Source of the DNA: Raja brachyura
Taxonomy: Eukaryota
Assembly: GCA_963514005.1 (NCBI GenBank)
Contig: OY740808.1
Coordinates: 14,570,001-14,634,000, forward strand
Length of the DNA stretch: 64,000 nucleotides
Direction: 5' to 3'
Shown: piece by piece, positions 24,601 through 37,105 of the stretch
How the letters are laid out: each line of letters opens with the position of its first letter
Position numbering within the stretch: position 1 is the stretch's first letter
The notes under the pieces: model-generated
The model's database searches: none
Told to the model about the DNA's origin: nothing
Seen by the model: only the letters and a program-made list of their open reading frames with translations
Program-made: the position numbers and the translations under genes

Positions 24601-27289
24601 CTTCATGGACCCCCAAGACCTGGAAACTAGCATTAGTTCTGAATCTTTGGTGTGTAGAGAAGCACAAGGAAAATGGTAATTGTTCCCAATAAGCATTCCA
24701 TGATTAGTGATGAGATTTTTCTGTGTTGGCTCACAGACTGCCATCAATATCCTAAAGGCTTTGGCTAGGACTAGTGCTACCAAGTTGCTCAATGGTGGGA
24801 ACTGAAGTCCCTCAATCAGAGGACATTGTTCCCTTGCTACTCTTACAGCTTTCTCCTGGTATTGGTCAACATGCAAAAGCCCTTACTCATCAGATGAGGC
24901 AGGGCACCAGATTTCATATCCCATGCCTGAGATACTATAGGGTCTGGATCAATGTCCAAGGTCCACTGCCAACCCACGTGACAGTTCTCCCGATTTTGGC
25001 ACAACCCCAGCTGATATTGAGGATGACTTCAGTGTTGACTGGCCAAGATTAACATTGGGAAGATCGCTCTGCCACAGCTTGCAAATTCTGAAAGGGGATA
25101 ACACCCATCCACCCGGTGCCCCGCTGCCTTAGCCTTTCATTTCTCCACGACTACAACAATGGCTAATCCACTTGGGAACGTTTCACTGACGCTGAGCAAA
25201 CTACTGCACTGAAAATGTTAATAGGCTGCCCAAAAATGTGTAGGAAGGAATGCAGATGCTGGTTTAAATCGAAGATAGATACAAAACGCTGGAGTAGTGT
25301 GAAGAAGGGTCACAACCCGAAATGTCACCCATTCCTTCCCTCCAGAGATGTCGCCTGTCCCGCTGAGTTACTCCAGCATTTTGTGTCTATCGTAGGTTGC
25401 TCAAAAACCTCGCTGACACCACCTAGCATTGCAACCCCAAAATTAGAAAACAGGAATGAAATGACTATCACATTTTGCAGTCTCTCTAATGCAAAGCTTC
25501 ATTCTCCTCCAGAACACTATCATCAGATGACCCAGCACACCTTAGGCTCAGGGAAGGCATAACTGCACAGTGCCGGGGCAGAGTCCAAAGACTCGGTTTC
25601 TCTGGATTACTCTATCCTCAATGTGGATGAAGTCATTACTCTACAAGTCCTCACCGAGTGCGACAGAAATAGACTCTTAGTCACACTCAAAACACATTGT
25701 GACCACGCTAGCCAATGTTACATCTCTGGTCCAGGGAGATCCAAGCAAAGCAGTCAGGCCCAGCCGTGCAATGACTGAAACCGCAAAGCTCACCACAGTC
25801 ATCAGTCGAGTCATTGCCCTGCGAGCAAGGAAATTAGAAAATCCAACAATAAAAGGCAGTTGGGTATCCTGAATGCCATTATGGCTAGCCTAAACCTTGA
25901 GTTAGAAGACAGAATAGTTAAGTTAGTAGAGAAAATATTAGTGACAAAAAAAAGTTGACTACCAGATTAATATCTAAAATAAGTTGCCAAGATAGCCAAT
26001 TTAAGCATTTACTATCAATTTTCTTGCAGAATAAGAAAATTAAACAAAATGAGGTTAGTTGAAGAAGAGATAGTGAGTTAAAGGACCATCACCAACGGGT
26101 TGGAGACGTGTTATGGGCCAAATGGATTAATCTCACTTATTGTATTATGCATTAATTTCTTGCAATTATTTCTTAAACATTTAATTAAGGCATAAAAGTT
26201 GTGGCAGTATTTTGGGATTGCTAAAAAAAGGTGGACAAGAAGAATACCACAGATTGCCACGTGTGCAAGCGGTATTTACGCCTTAACTTGGTCTTTGCTG
26301 GAAATACTCTGACACAAGGAGGGAGGAATTCTTGGGTCCATTATCAATGCAAAGCTCAGGCACAGAAAGGAGTATGTGGGGTGGTAACCATGGCAGGGTA
26401 ATCAGGAATTAGCGAGAAGCATGGTAGAGAAAAATGGGTGATCATGCTCAATACTAGAATACAGGCAGAAAAACAGAGTGAAGGAAAATCGGACGGCATA
26501 GTGTAGCAGGGACCTTCCCAAAGGAGGAAGTACAGCCAGGAAGATTGGTGTTGGATGACCTCTATAATTAGGTGCACAGATAATTTTCTCTGCTATCAGG
26601 TGTTGGTATGGAAAGTTTTAAAGTCGGGAAAAGGAGCAACTAGCTCCAGCTGTAATGCTCCATGTCAGTCATCTTTTCTCGGAGACGTTGGAAGCAGAAT
26701 TAAAGAACAGGTTCTTGGGACCATTACCCAATCCGTGGGCAAGCTGGCACTGGAACAAGAACTTTTGTGGAGTCAATGGGCTGCTGTGGTGGAAGGCGGA
26801 GCTCTGACATGGGATCTTTCACATGTAGAAGGCAGGCAGCAACAAAACAAAATTATGACCAAGGCTAGCGTTTAAAGACAAAGACTGAATGAAGTTAATT
26901 TCTCATTTAATTTTCACGTCCTGGACAAGGCAAGAAGGCTCACACTTAACAGCCCAAGAGAAGGTCGCAATGAGCCACCTCCTTGAACTGCTGCAGTCCC
27001 TCTGAGGAAGGGGCTCCAATTGCTGGGAGGGAGTTCCAGGATTTACACCGAATAACAGCGAAGGACAGGCAAATATATATTTCCAGGTCAGGTTTATGTG
27101 CAGCTTGGGAGGGGAACTCGTGTGTTCCCATGGGCCTGTTGCCCTTATCCTTGTTGATGGTAAACATCTCAAATGAAGTTATATGAATAAATCATGTAGG
27201 CAAATAACAAGGCAAGTAGAAACAGTTCATGGGAGATTTAATTTCCCACGAAAATAAACTGTCCGGGGCAAGTGAAAGCAAAAGAGTGC

Positions 27290-27540
27290 AGGCGACACGG
27301 TGGTGCAGTGGTAGAGTTGCTGCCTTACAGTGCCAAAGACCCGCATTTGATCCTGACCATGGGTGCTGTCTGTACAAAGTTTGTACGAGACCGCGTGCTC
27401 CAGTTTCCTCCCACCCCCAAAACACACAGGTTTGTAGGTCAATTGGCTTTGGTAAAATTGTAAATTGTCCCTGGTGCTAGTGTACGCGGTTATCGGCAGT
27501 CGGCGTGGACTCAGTGGGCCGAAGGGCCTGTATCTCTAAA
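27290..27540 (+). mobile_element. HE1-like V-SINE
   Basis: CACGGTGGTGCAGTGGTAGAGTTGCTGCC head; GGGCCGAAGGGCCTG tail. Confidence 0.85.
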
Positions 27541-27759
27541 GAGTTGTCAAAATGACACCACCAATTTTGATCGTTGTACAAGATTGCAAATGGAAATAAA
27601 TGCAGCATCTATGGAGCAAAGGAAAAGACGGGGTTTTTTGGAAGTACTAGGAACTTGACATGAACCCCTATCCATTCTCCTCACTACCCTACAGGAACCT
27701 GATGTGAAACTGTACTTTCTCACATCATTAAGCGTTGACAGATCTCTCATACCCTGCGA

Positions 27760-28360
27760 TCATAGAATCATTCATAGCAGGGAAACAGCCCCTCAGCCAA
27801 ACTCGCCCAGGCCGATCAAGCCCATCTAAGCTAGTCCCACTTGCATGCATTTGGCCCATGTTATTCTAAAAATGTAATATCCATGAACTAACTGAATGTC
27901 TTCTTAATGTTGTTGTTTTGCCTCCCTCAGCCACTCTCTCTGACAGCTCGCTTCATGTACTCATCACCCTCAGAAAAGGTTGTCCTCAAGTTGCTAATGA
28001 ATCTTTCCTCTTCTCATCTGTTTCTTGACTCCCATAAATCTGGGTTAGAGACCACATGCATACACCCTATCTATTCCGCTCATTATTTTATACACTTATA
28101 AGATCACTCTTCCATCGCATACACTCCAAGGAATAAAGTCCCAGCCTGCCCAACCTCTCCCTGTAACTCAGTCCCTGGGGTCCAGGCAACATCATCTATG
28201 TTTTTTCTGCACTCTTTCCGGTTCAACGGTATCTTTCCCACAGCAGGATGGCCAAAATCGAACACATTATTAAAGTGTGGCTCACAAATGTCTTGTACAA
28301 CTGCAACATGACATCTCAACTCAATACTCATTGCCCTTATTGATGGAAGCCAGTGTGGTC
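27760..28360 (-). mobile_element. CR1 LINE 3' fragment
   Basis: Decayed ORF2 C-terminus and 3' UTR on the reverse strand. Confidence 0.75.
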
Positions 28361-29190
28361 ACTTTCATCACCTGTTTGACTTGAGAGAAGCTGCTGATGG
28401 CCTGAGCACTTTTCCACAGAGAAATCTGTGGGCTGGGGAGAGCTGGGCAGCCAAAGAGAAACAGGCAGTGGCTTCTGTCACATCCAGCAGGCGGTAGGTG
28501 ATGAGGGGGACTGTAGGACCTTGGTGGTCAACCCTCACCTGGAGCAGGTGCTGCCAGACCACAGCAATGACGGCACTGTGCCGGTCGGTGTACAGCCCTG
28601 AACCCGGCAGCTCAGTGGCGCAGGTCGCACTCCCCACACAGGCAGCATCGGCATGCTGAGCCAACGGCTGATACTTCACCAGGTGGGGGCAAGCATTTTG
28701 TACCAGCTTCCCAGCAAAGCAGTGCCAGCAGTAACTTCGCCCTATACTGTCCAGAACCCTTTTGAGGAAGTGTCCACCACAATAGATAATGCAGCCTCAA
28801 TTGCAAAATATATTTAAGGGGACTCATGATCTCTCAACATAAAAAGCATGAGGTGTACAAGGAGAGGGCAAGAACATGGCCTTGAGAGAAAGGATCAGTG
28901 ATAAAGCAGCAGCCTCGAAGAGAGGACTCTCCTCCGACTCCAACTGATGCTGTGATGATATGTTGAAACGTTATGCATTGATGACATTTTTCATTGTTTA
29001 AGTTAAGATATGACAGGTCTTAGAACAACAGGGAAAATCAAAAGTGGTGGAAATCATCAGTGGAGTTGAGACCAAGAGGTTTTTTTTTCCAGTAAGAGGA
29101 AAGCAAGGCCAGCATTCCTAACGGCCCATGAGAAGTTGCTGGGGAGCAGCATTCTTGAATGCTCCCTTGCTGGTTAACGTGGTCCAGTGC

Positions 29191-29490
29191 TTTAGACTTT
29201 AGAGATACAGTGTGGAAACAGGCTCTTCGGCCCATTGAGTCCACGCCAACCAACAATCAACCGGTACACTTCACAATAGGGCCAATTTACAATTTTACCA
29301 AAGCCAATTAACCTGCAAACCTGTACATCTTACAAGTGTGGGAGGAAACCGGAGCACCCAGAGAAATCCCACATGGTCACAGGGAGAACGTACAAACTCC
29401 GTACAGACACACTCCATACAGACAGCACCTGTAGTCAGTGTGGAACCCAGGTCTGTTGCGCAGTGGGCCAGCAACTCTACCGCTGCGCCA
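29191..29490 (-). mobile_element. HE1-like V-SINE
   Basis: Reverse-complement head CTCTACCGCTGCGCCA, V-domain, TTTAGA tail. Confidence 0.85.
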
Positions 29491-30229
29491 TCCAGTGCTG
29501 TTGTAGTAGAACATCTAATCAGAGCCATAAACCTTTTTGAATGGGGCAGCAGCAAGCACATTGCCAAATGGCATGCACCTACTCATATTGTAAGAATGCA
29601 TCAATAGGGTGAGATGAGGCACGAGTGGGGGGGGGGGGGGGGGGGGGGGAATACATGTGGAGCAACAACCAGCTCAAACCGACCTCCCACCTCAACATAC
29701 TGGAGAGACAATTGGAGGAAGGAGGGACCCAGTGTTACTGAAAGCGACTCAAAGACTTGGTAATGATCTGCATGGGCCAATGCAGCACTGCCCGCAAGCA
29801 AGTTGAAGGCACTGCATTCCCCCTGCTGCCACGGCAAGTGCTGAAGAGAGAGATGCTCAAACAAAATGGTTTAAAACACACTGATAGGCCTGATTTAAAA
29901 AAATGTACTCCAATTTAAACCCCCCCATTTCCCCACCTTACAAGCAGCATACAGAGAGTTTGCTTTCACAAGAAGAAAACTGTTTTGCAAACTGCACACA
30001 GAGAGATCACAGTAAGCACCTTCTCCTTGTCCAGAACAGTGGAATTAGTGGATGTGGCCAGCCATGGAAGGAATGAATAATCCAAAACAACCAGACTTTT
30101 TATTTCTGCTGGGGAGCGAAAATGAGGAAACAGGCTTTTTAGACATTTCACTCCAATTGGATATTTTTCTATTCAGAAGAAAACATTTTGGGATTTTGTA
30201 TCCAAGAAGTTGGAGACAAGCCATGCATA

Positions 30230-30558
30230 TTTAGTTTAGTTTAAAGATACATCATTGAAACAGGCCCTTTGGCACACCGAGTCCACACTGACCACCAATC
30301 ATCCATTCACACTAGTTCTATGTTATCCCACTTTCACATCCACTCACTACACACTCAGGGCAATTTACAGAAGCTAATTAACCTATAAACCCGCACATTT
30401 TTGGAATGTGGGAGGAAACCGGAACACCCAAAGGTAACCCACGTGGTCACAGGGAGAACGTGCAAACTGCACACTCACAGCACCCGAGGTCAGGATCGAA
30501 CCCGGGTCACTGGTGCTGTGAGGCAGCAGTTTCACCAGCTGCACCACTGTACTGCCCA
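30230..30558 (-). mobile_element. HE1-like V-SINE
   Basis: Full head (GGTTCGATCC B box), V-domain and TTTAG tail on the minus strand. Confidence 0.85.
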
Positions 30559-31489
30559 TATTGAAGATCAAGTTTAAATAGATATGCTGTTGATACTCAA
30601 CAAGTCAAGCAGCATTTGTAATAAAAAAGAAACGGCTAATATTTCAGATCATCGATCCTTCAGCAGAATGGGGAAAGGTCATTGCACACTGCACAAAGAT
30701 GGGGACAAGAGAGATTGAATGACTTGACACAAGAGCTGGCAGCAGAGGGAACATGAAGACTTGTAATTCTCATCTGAGGGAGAAGTCATTGAAGATGGAG
30801 AACAGGAAGAGAGAGGGAAAAATAGAAATAAAAGAGTTAAAAATGACATTGGAACTGTAGGATGCCCATTGTAGAAGCAAAAATGTTGCAGATGCTGGAA
30901 ATCTGAAAGTAAACATTCAGCAGGTCAGACAACATCTGTGGAGAAACAAACAAAGTTAGAATTTCATGCTAACGACTTCTCCGAGCTGGTCAGCTGTTAC
31001 AAACAGCCAGGCAGGGTTGGTTAACATTAAAATTGACAATTTCTGACAATCCCGAGAGCCGGAATGTGCAAAGCCCGACGATAAGATGCTGCTTCAAGCT
31101 TGCTTTGGGTTTATTCCTCTCCCTCCCGCTCTTCACCCATCCCGAGGGAACCCAAGAGGGGAGTCAATGTGGATGGAAAGTGACAGGAATAGGTCCTAGA
31201 ATCTCAGGATCACTCGTGCAGACTTGATTGAGATTCTTCTAAGCAGGAGGCCAACCTGTATTGGCTTCCTCCAATGCAAAGGCCACGAGTAAGTGTTGAG
31301 AGCCAAATGCAGCAGTTGGGAAGCAGTGCCAATAAATCATTGCATTACATTGGGCTCATTTGGACCACAGTGTCCAATGTGGCTTCCAAAGACACCCACC
31401 ACTGGGCCATTACTGAAACATGGACACAAGGAACTTAAACGACACGAAGTACTGGAGGAACTGAGCATGTCAAGTTGAATCTCAAGGGA

Positions 31490-31760
31490 CTGATCAGGAG
31501 GGAATGAATAGCTGATATTTTGGTTTGGTAAAGCGACAAGTGTAGCATCAATTGCGGTTGCAAGGGAAAGTGCCCGGGGAGGGGGTGGTGCTGGAGGGAA
31601 TGGAAGAATTGACAAGGGAGTTATGGAGGGAGCGGTCTTTGCGGAAAGCAGACGGGGAGGGGGAGATGGGAAGATGTGGCGAATGGTGAGGTCACGTTGG
31701 AGGAGGCGAAACTGACGGAGGACTATTTGTTGTATGTGACATACAGACAAGAGAAAGGCG
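31490..31760 (-). mobile_element. Penelope-like element ORF fragment
   Basis: FRLLQRDLTIRHIFPSPP.. linker preceding the GIY-YIG domain; similar to 46090-46400 and 63010-63145. Confidence 0.7.
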
Positions 31761-31899
31761 TGAAATCTAAAGCCAGTATGACAGATGTGGGGGGTGAAAA
31801 GAGACAGCTGGGGAGCTTGGAATTGATGATGCTAGGTGAAATGAGCTGGGCGATTGGGGCGGGCGACTGGTGAGATACCAGAAGACTGGAGCTCATGTT

Positions 31900-33240
31900 G
31901 TCATAAAACACCTGGGAATATACAAGGAATAAGCCTGGACACTACAGATGAGCAAGCTTTACATCAATGTTAGGAGGTTGTTGAAAAAAATTCTGTGGGA
32001 AAGGATTAATGGTGACTTAGAAAGGCATGGACCGATTAGGAGGTGTCAGCATGGATTTGTGCAGGGGAGATCAAATCTGATTAATTATTGGGAACACTGG
32101 TGACAGCAGAGCAGATGTGGTGCGCATCTACTTCAGGAAGGCTCTCAACAAGGTCCCGCATAATAAGCTGGCCCAGAAGGTGAAGGCACACTGAATCCGA
32201 GGCATGTTGACAAACCAAATCCAAAAATGAGCTGGGGAGGGAGGAGAGAGCATCTGTGAAGAGAAATGGATAGTTGACTTTTCAGGTCAAGATCCTTCCT
32301 TGAGAAGGGTCTCCATTCAAAACATCGACAATTCATTTCCCTGAACAGATGGCCACCTGACCTGCTGGGTTTCTCCAGCACCTCACCTTTTTCTTTTAAA
32401 CTACAGATACCAGCACAACTGCAGTCTCTTGTGCCTGGATCCAAACTTGGTTGGGTAATAGGAGGTCAAGGGTTTGTGGTAGATGGTTGTCCATCTGACT
32501 GGAAGTCTGCAACAAGTGATGTACCACAAGGATCAATGCTCAGACCTTTGCAAAAATATATGAGTTCCATGAGAAAGAAGCTCAACTTAACAAGTTTGCT
32601 GGTGACACAAAAAATGGTGGAGGTATTGATAACAAAGGCGGCTATCCAACAATACAGATGGTCATAGAATAGTTGTTAAACTGGGTAGAGCAGTGGCAGA
32701 GAGAATTTAATCCTGCAATGCAAGCTCTTGGGGGAGGTCAAATTCTGGTAGGACATCAAGAGTAAATGGCAGGGTTCTTAAGAAAATTGGTTGCTACACG
32801 AAACGATGTTGTAGCAGTATTGTGCAGAAGAGATTCACCAGCATTAGTACTTGGAATGGGGGACAGCTGTTACAAGTAGAGAGAGGATAGGTTGTAAGTG
32901 TGCACTGGAATGCAAGAGGCACAGAGGTGAATTTATAATGGTTTATAATATGAGGGGCATACGACAGTTATATTTAAGGGATATTACTCATATAATATTA
33001 TAAGGGGCATGGAATAGTCTTTTTTTTTCCTAGGGCAGGCTAGTCTAGAATTAGATGAATGGGTTTAAGCTGAGCGGCGGGGGGGGGGGGGGGGGGGGAG
33101 AAACTAAAGGAGATCTAAGGGGAGTTTTTCCAAACTGACAGTAGCGAATATATAGAATGAACTGTCAGAAGGTGGCAGATAGAATTACAAAATTTAAAAT
33201 GCATTTGGCCAGGTACTTGGTTAAGAAAGACATAGAGGTA
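31900..33240 (+). mobile_element. Decayed CR1 RT region interrupted by a short Penelope-derived repeat (~32240-32430)
   Basis: QHGFVQGRS, DWKSATSDVPQGSML, W.EQWQ.EFNP motifs. Confidence 0.75.
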
Positions 33241-34639
33241 CACTGGTTGGCAGGGTTCTGACTCTACAACTCCATTTGTATTATATTGCAATATGTTCCT
33301 GCCAGAATAGCAGATGATCTAAATTGACTATGGCTTTTACAACAAAGGGGATCTGTGAAAGGGGATGGGAAATCAATTGCCCACTTTTACTGTTTGTATA
33401 TCATGACTACTTTCAATTCGTTGATTTGTCAGTTTTCAAATGCACAAGGAGTCAAAACATCTGCAAAATGTTAGAACGTTCCAGTTTCCAACTGGAATAG
33501 CGGTGATCTTGTGAATCTTGGAATGGTCAGGTTCAATAACCAACACTAGGGCGATGAAGGAAAGTGGGAAACAGGAGTCAAGGTCACTGCAATATATTAC
33601 TTTAGTGAACAACAGTTGCTCCGGGATGGTTATCCACATGATCCTATGTCACAATGACCAAGATTACTCATTACACAGAATGCAAATAGGTGGGGATCCC
33701 AAAAACATACAACATGAAAAAATGTCACTACTTGCCAACTTTCTTTCTCCACAGTACTTTAGCAATGGGGGTAAAACATAATAACTGAAGAATTTTTAAA
33801 AAAAATCTGAGCAGAAAAAACATTTCAAAGCACTTCATTTGTGCATGTTCATCATCAGAAGCCTTGCTCCAAGCCCACCATTTTACTTTGTGTCCAAGCA
33901 CAGGATTTCCAAATGACATGAAGCAATATTCAAGTACATAATCCACACATAACAATAACAATCAGAGACCCCAAGAGTAAACACTGGAAATACATCACCT
34001 GCCTCTACATTTCCAAAAAGGAGCAATCTACAACTGACATTGAAAGAGTCAAAAACTCAGGTTAAAAAACAATTCCTGAAGATCGACCTTTCAATAATAC
34101 CTTGGGCTTTGGAACTCCGTATCTGAAATGGGGGCTTTAATGCACAAATCATTATGATGAACCAATAAGCGTTTTGTGATTTTTAACTGCATTGTAGCTA
34201 ACTGGGTTCCCTACTGTATGCACAAATGTGTGTGTTTTAAAAGATCTAAATTTTCACTCAAAGTTGACAGCAACTATCCGTATGGTGAACAACTCCCCCT
34301 AGGGACCCCACACCTCTTTGCTTCCAGACTGGATCTCAGGACCAACCGTGGGCTCATCGAATTAAACCTTGTGACCTTGCAAACTACATTTAAATACAAA
34401 TAACGCCTAGATCTGTAATTATGATTTTTCCGAAGAAAAACTTAAAATCCACATACCCGCTTTGTGAAACACTTTCATTTATATAAAATGAAAGGCAAAT
34501 TTGGATCCAAATTAAAGTAAGTTGTTTTTTCGCAGTAATTCTCCGTCCGTGTTAATTTTGTATGGAAACTGTTTCCTACACTAAACAGTTTGCATTAGTC
34601 ACTTGGCCATTGGTGGGGTGGGGGGTTTGGAGAGAAGAG

Positions 34640-35180
34640 AGGGCGGCCGGTGGAGTAACCCGCTTGCCCGGCGAGGCGAGGCTGTGTGGGCTGCGTACCT
34701 GGAGTGAAGGCTGGAGCGTTGTCCCGGAGATGCGCTGCCGTCCGCTCGCGCCTCTGCCTCTGCCTCTGCTGCCGCCGCGCGACTCCACCCGGCTCCCCGT
34801 CACGCGGCCGCGCGCACATTCGTTACTTTTTTTTCCGCTTCCTGCCAGCGCCACCACGACGCCGGATGAGAACGCCTCTGCCATTGGTCCGCCGCACGCA
34901 CGCACCAGCCCGACTTCTGGCGACCGGCGGGGCGCCGCCGGCCAATCGGGGCGCTCCTTCCATGCCGCTGCCGCGGAGACGCTCCAATCAGCGGCGCCGA
35001 GGGATGCGGCGCGGGGCGCGGGGGTCGCCATGGAAACCTCTCCCCCCCACTCCTCCCCCCTCCCCCCCCCCCTCCCGCCTAGAAAGTTCGGTGGAGGCGG
35101 CGAAGACCAAGTTCGGCGGCTGTTCGCTCGGCCGCCCCACGCTACGGACACAACTCTGCTTCCCCCGGCAGCGATGGCCG
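34640..35180 (-). promoter_or_regulatory. CpG-island promoter of the PRR14L-like gene
   Basis: Strong CpG-rich island outside repeats; CCAAT boxes at 34883, 34942, 34984; GC boxes; tandem ETS TTCCGCTTCCTG 34833-34844; X-box GTCGCCATGGAAAC 35024-35037. Confidence 0.8.
34699..34830 (-). other. PRR14L: Probable non-coding first exon of the PRR14L-like gene (5' end approximate)
   Basis: Donor CCAG|GTACGC at 34699 at the downstream edge of the CpG island. Confidence 0.55.
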
Positions 35181-36137
35181 ACCCATTATATATATATATA
35201 TATGTATATTTATGGTGAGGGCGCTCTTACTTCACTCTATGTCCGCTCTGGGTGTGTGACCTGGCGATGGAACCGAGATATTCGGCTTCACCTCACTTCA
35301 CTGATACTATACTTACTTTTGATCTTCCCCCATAAGGAAAAATGCCCTGGTTGGTATTCCCCAAATTACTCACGTTTCCCCAATACACTACTACACTTCA
35401 CCTCACATTTTCACTGCCCTTCTCAACGTCTTTTTTTTTCAAAAAGGGCGTTAATTACTCTGTGCCCGCATGCATCTTTTCCACGGATATGACTCATTCT
35501 CCTCTAACTGCCTTGATTCCCTTCTAGGTTTGGTCAAGGTCGGATTCCAGCCATGAGTGCGCTCCCCTAAAGTAACTTTCAACGCAAAGCCGACCCCAGG
35601 GATATTGAGCTTGACGCGCTCGCCTTTATTTCCACTATGAGTAGCTACATCGGTGGGGACCGTAAAGGCCAAACTGAGCGCAGCGGGTGCTGGATTGGCT
35701 CATGTTTCTTGTCGGGAAAAGGTCCACCTCTGGTTGTCCACTAAATTCAGAGGGGCAGTGGCGCACCCATCCCTTTGACAGGTGCGGAGTTTGGTCATCG
35801 TGCTTCTCAATCCTGTTCAGCAATTCCTCAAAATTCGTCTTAACTTGTCCGCATTTCCCTGCCCTCTCACCACCCCCAGTAGTGTATGGAGGAGTCAAAT
35901 TGTGATGTCACACCATGTACAATGTGACTTGACAACAATGCTGGTTAATAGGTCCTTGATGGTCTTGCCAAAACTGTAAAGTATGTACGGTGAACCCAGC
36001 TTTTAGCAATAGAAAGAGCCATGTCCCAGGTTCTGTACCTTTTCATCCATCTAGATTCCCTCTCCCCTGACTCAGTATGAAGAAGGATCTCAACTCCGGA
36101 GATGCTGCCTGGCCTGCTGAGTTTTGTGTCTACCTCA

Positions 36138-36620
36138 AGATTCAAGAGAGTTTATTGTCATGTGTCCCAGATAGGACAATGAAATTCCTGCTTTGCTTCA
36201 GCACAACAGAACATAGTAGGTATGAATACAGAATAGATCAGTGCGTCCATATATCATTATATAAATATATACACACATGAATAAATAAACATAAAGTGTA
36301 AATAAACAGATAATGGGCTATTAATGTTCAGAGTTATGTTTGAATTGAGTTTAATAGCCTGATGGCTGTGGGGGGAGTGGAAGATTGCAACCTTCACGTG
36401 GTTCGCCCTGTTTCGACTAATGCAATCAACTCGACGTGCGCAAACAGAAGATCAAATAGAACAAGTTAGGCTGTGCACGCCACATGAAAGAAGAAGAAGT
36501 CAATGGCTGTGGGGAAGCAGCTATTCCTGAACCTGAACGTTGCAGTCTTCAGGCTCCTGTACCTTCTACCTGAAGGTAACGGAGAGATGAGTGTGTGGCC
36601 AGGATGGTGTGGGTCCTTGT
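36138..36620 (-). mobile_element. Rex1-like LINE 3' fragment containing a short nested insertion
   Basis: DPHHPGHTLISPLPSGRRYRSLKTATFRFRNSCFPTAI; tail CTCTTGAATCTTGA. Confidence 0.8.
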
Positions 36621-36769
36621 CCTTAGGGGATAATCCATTGCATTTTCTATGAGAAAAGTTGCTGGAGTTCAACAACATTGAAGTGTGTCAGATACTGAGG
36701 AATGTTTAAGACACATTTGAAGTTTAGTGGTTGATAATTGCTGAGCAGAAGTAAGAACAGGAGTAAACA

Positions 36770-37105
36770 GAGGTGCAGCTGGCAGAGCAGAAGTTTCACA
36801 GTGCCAAGACCTGAGTTTGATCCTGACCGTGGGCACCATCTGTATATGTATGAAAGGCGAGGGTTTCTTCTGGCACCATCTGTATATGTATGAAAGGCGA
36901 GGGTTTCTTCTGGGTGCTTCCATTTTCTACCACATCACAAATATGTGCAAGTTTGTAGGTTAATTGGCCTCTGAAAATTGCCCTGTGGGTGTAAGGAGTG
37001 GATGAGAAAGTGGGATAACATGGAACTAGTGTAAACGGGTGATCAATAGTTGGCGTGGGCAGGGTGGGCCAAAAGGTGGTTTCCACACTATACCTTTAAA
37101 CTGAG
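36770..37105 (+). mobile_element. HE1-like V-SINE with internal 40-bp tandem duplication (36832-36911)
   Basis: Head, V-domain and tail; GGCACCATCTGTATATGTATGAAAGGCGAGGGTTTCTTCT occurs twice. Confidence 0.8.

Noticed and set aside
28368-28760. GC-rich patch with CAG|GTGAGG donor and 103-aa ORF
   Set aside because: No clear acceptor or homology; could be a UTR exon or old repeat but unsupported
34562-35492. Several 190-270-aa ORFs on both strands
   Set aside because: Stop-codon scarcity in the CpG island; none resembles DEPDC5 or another known protein
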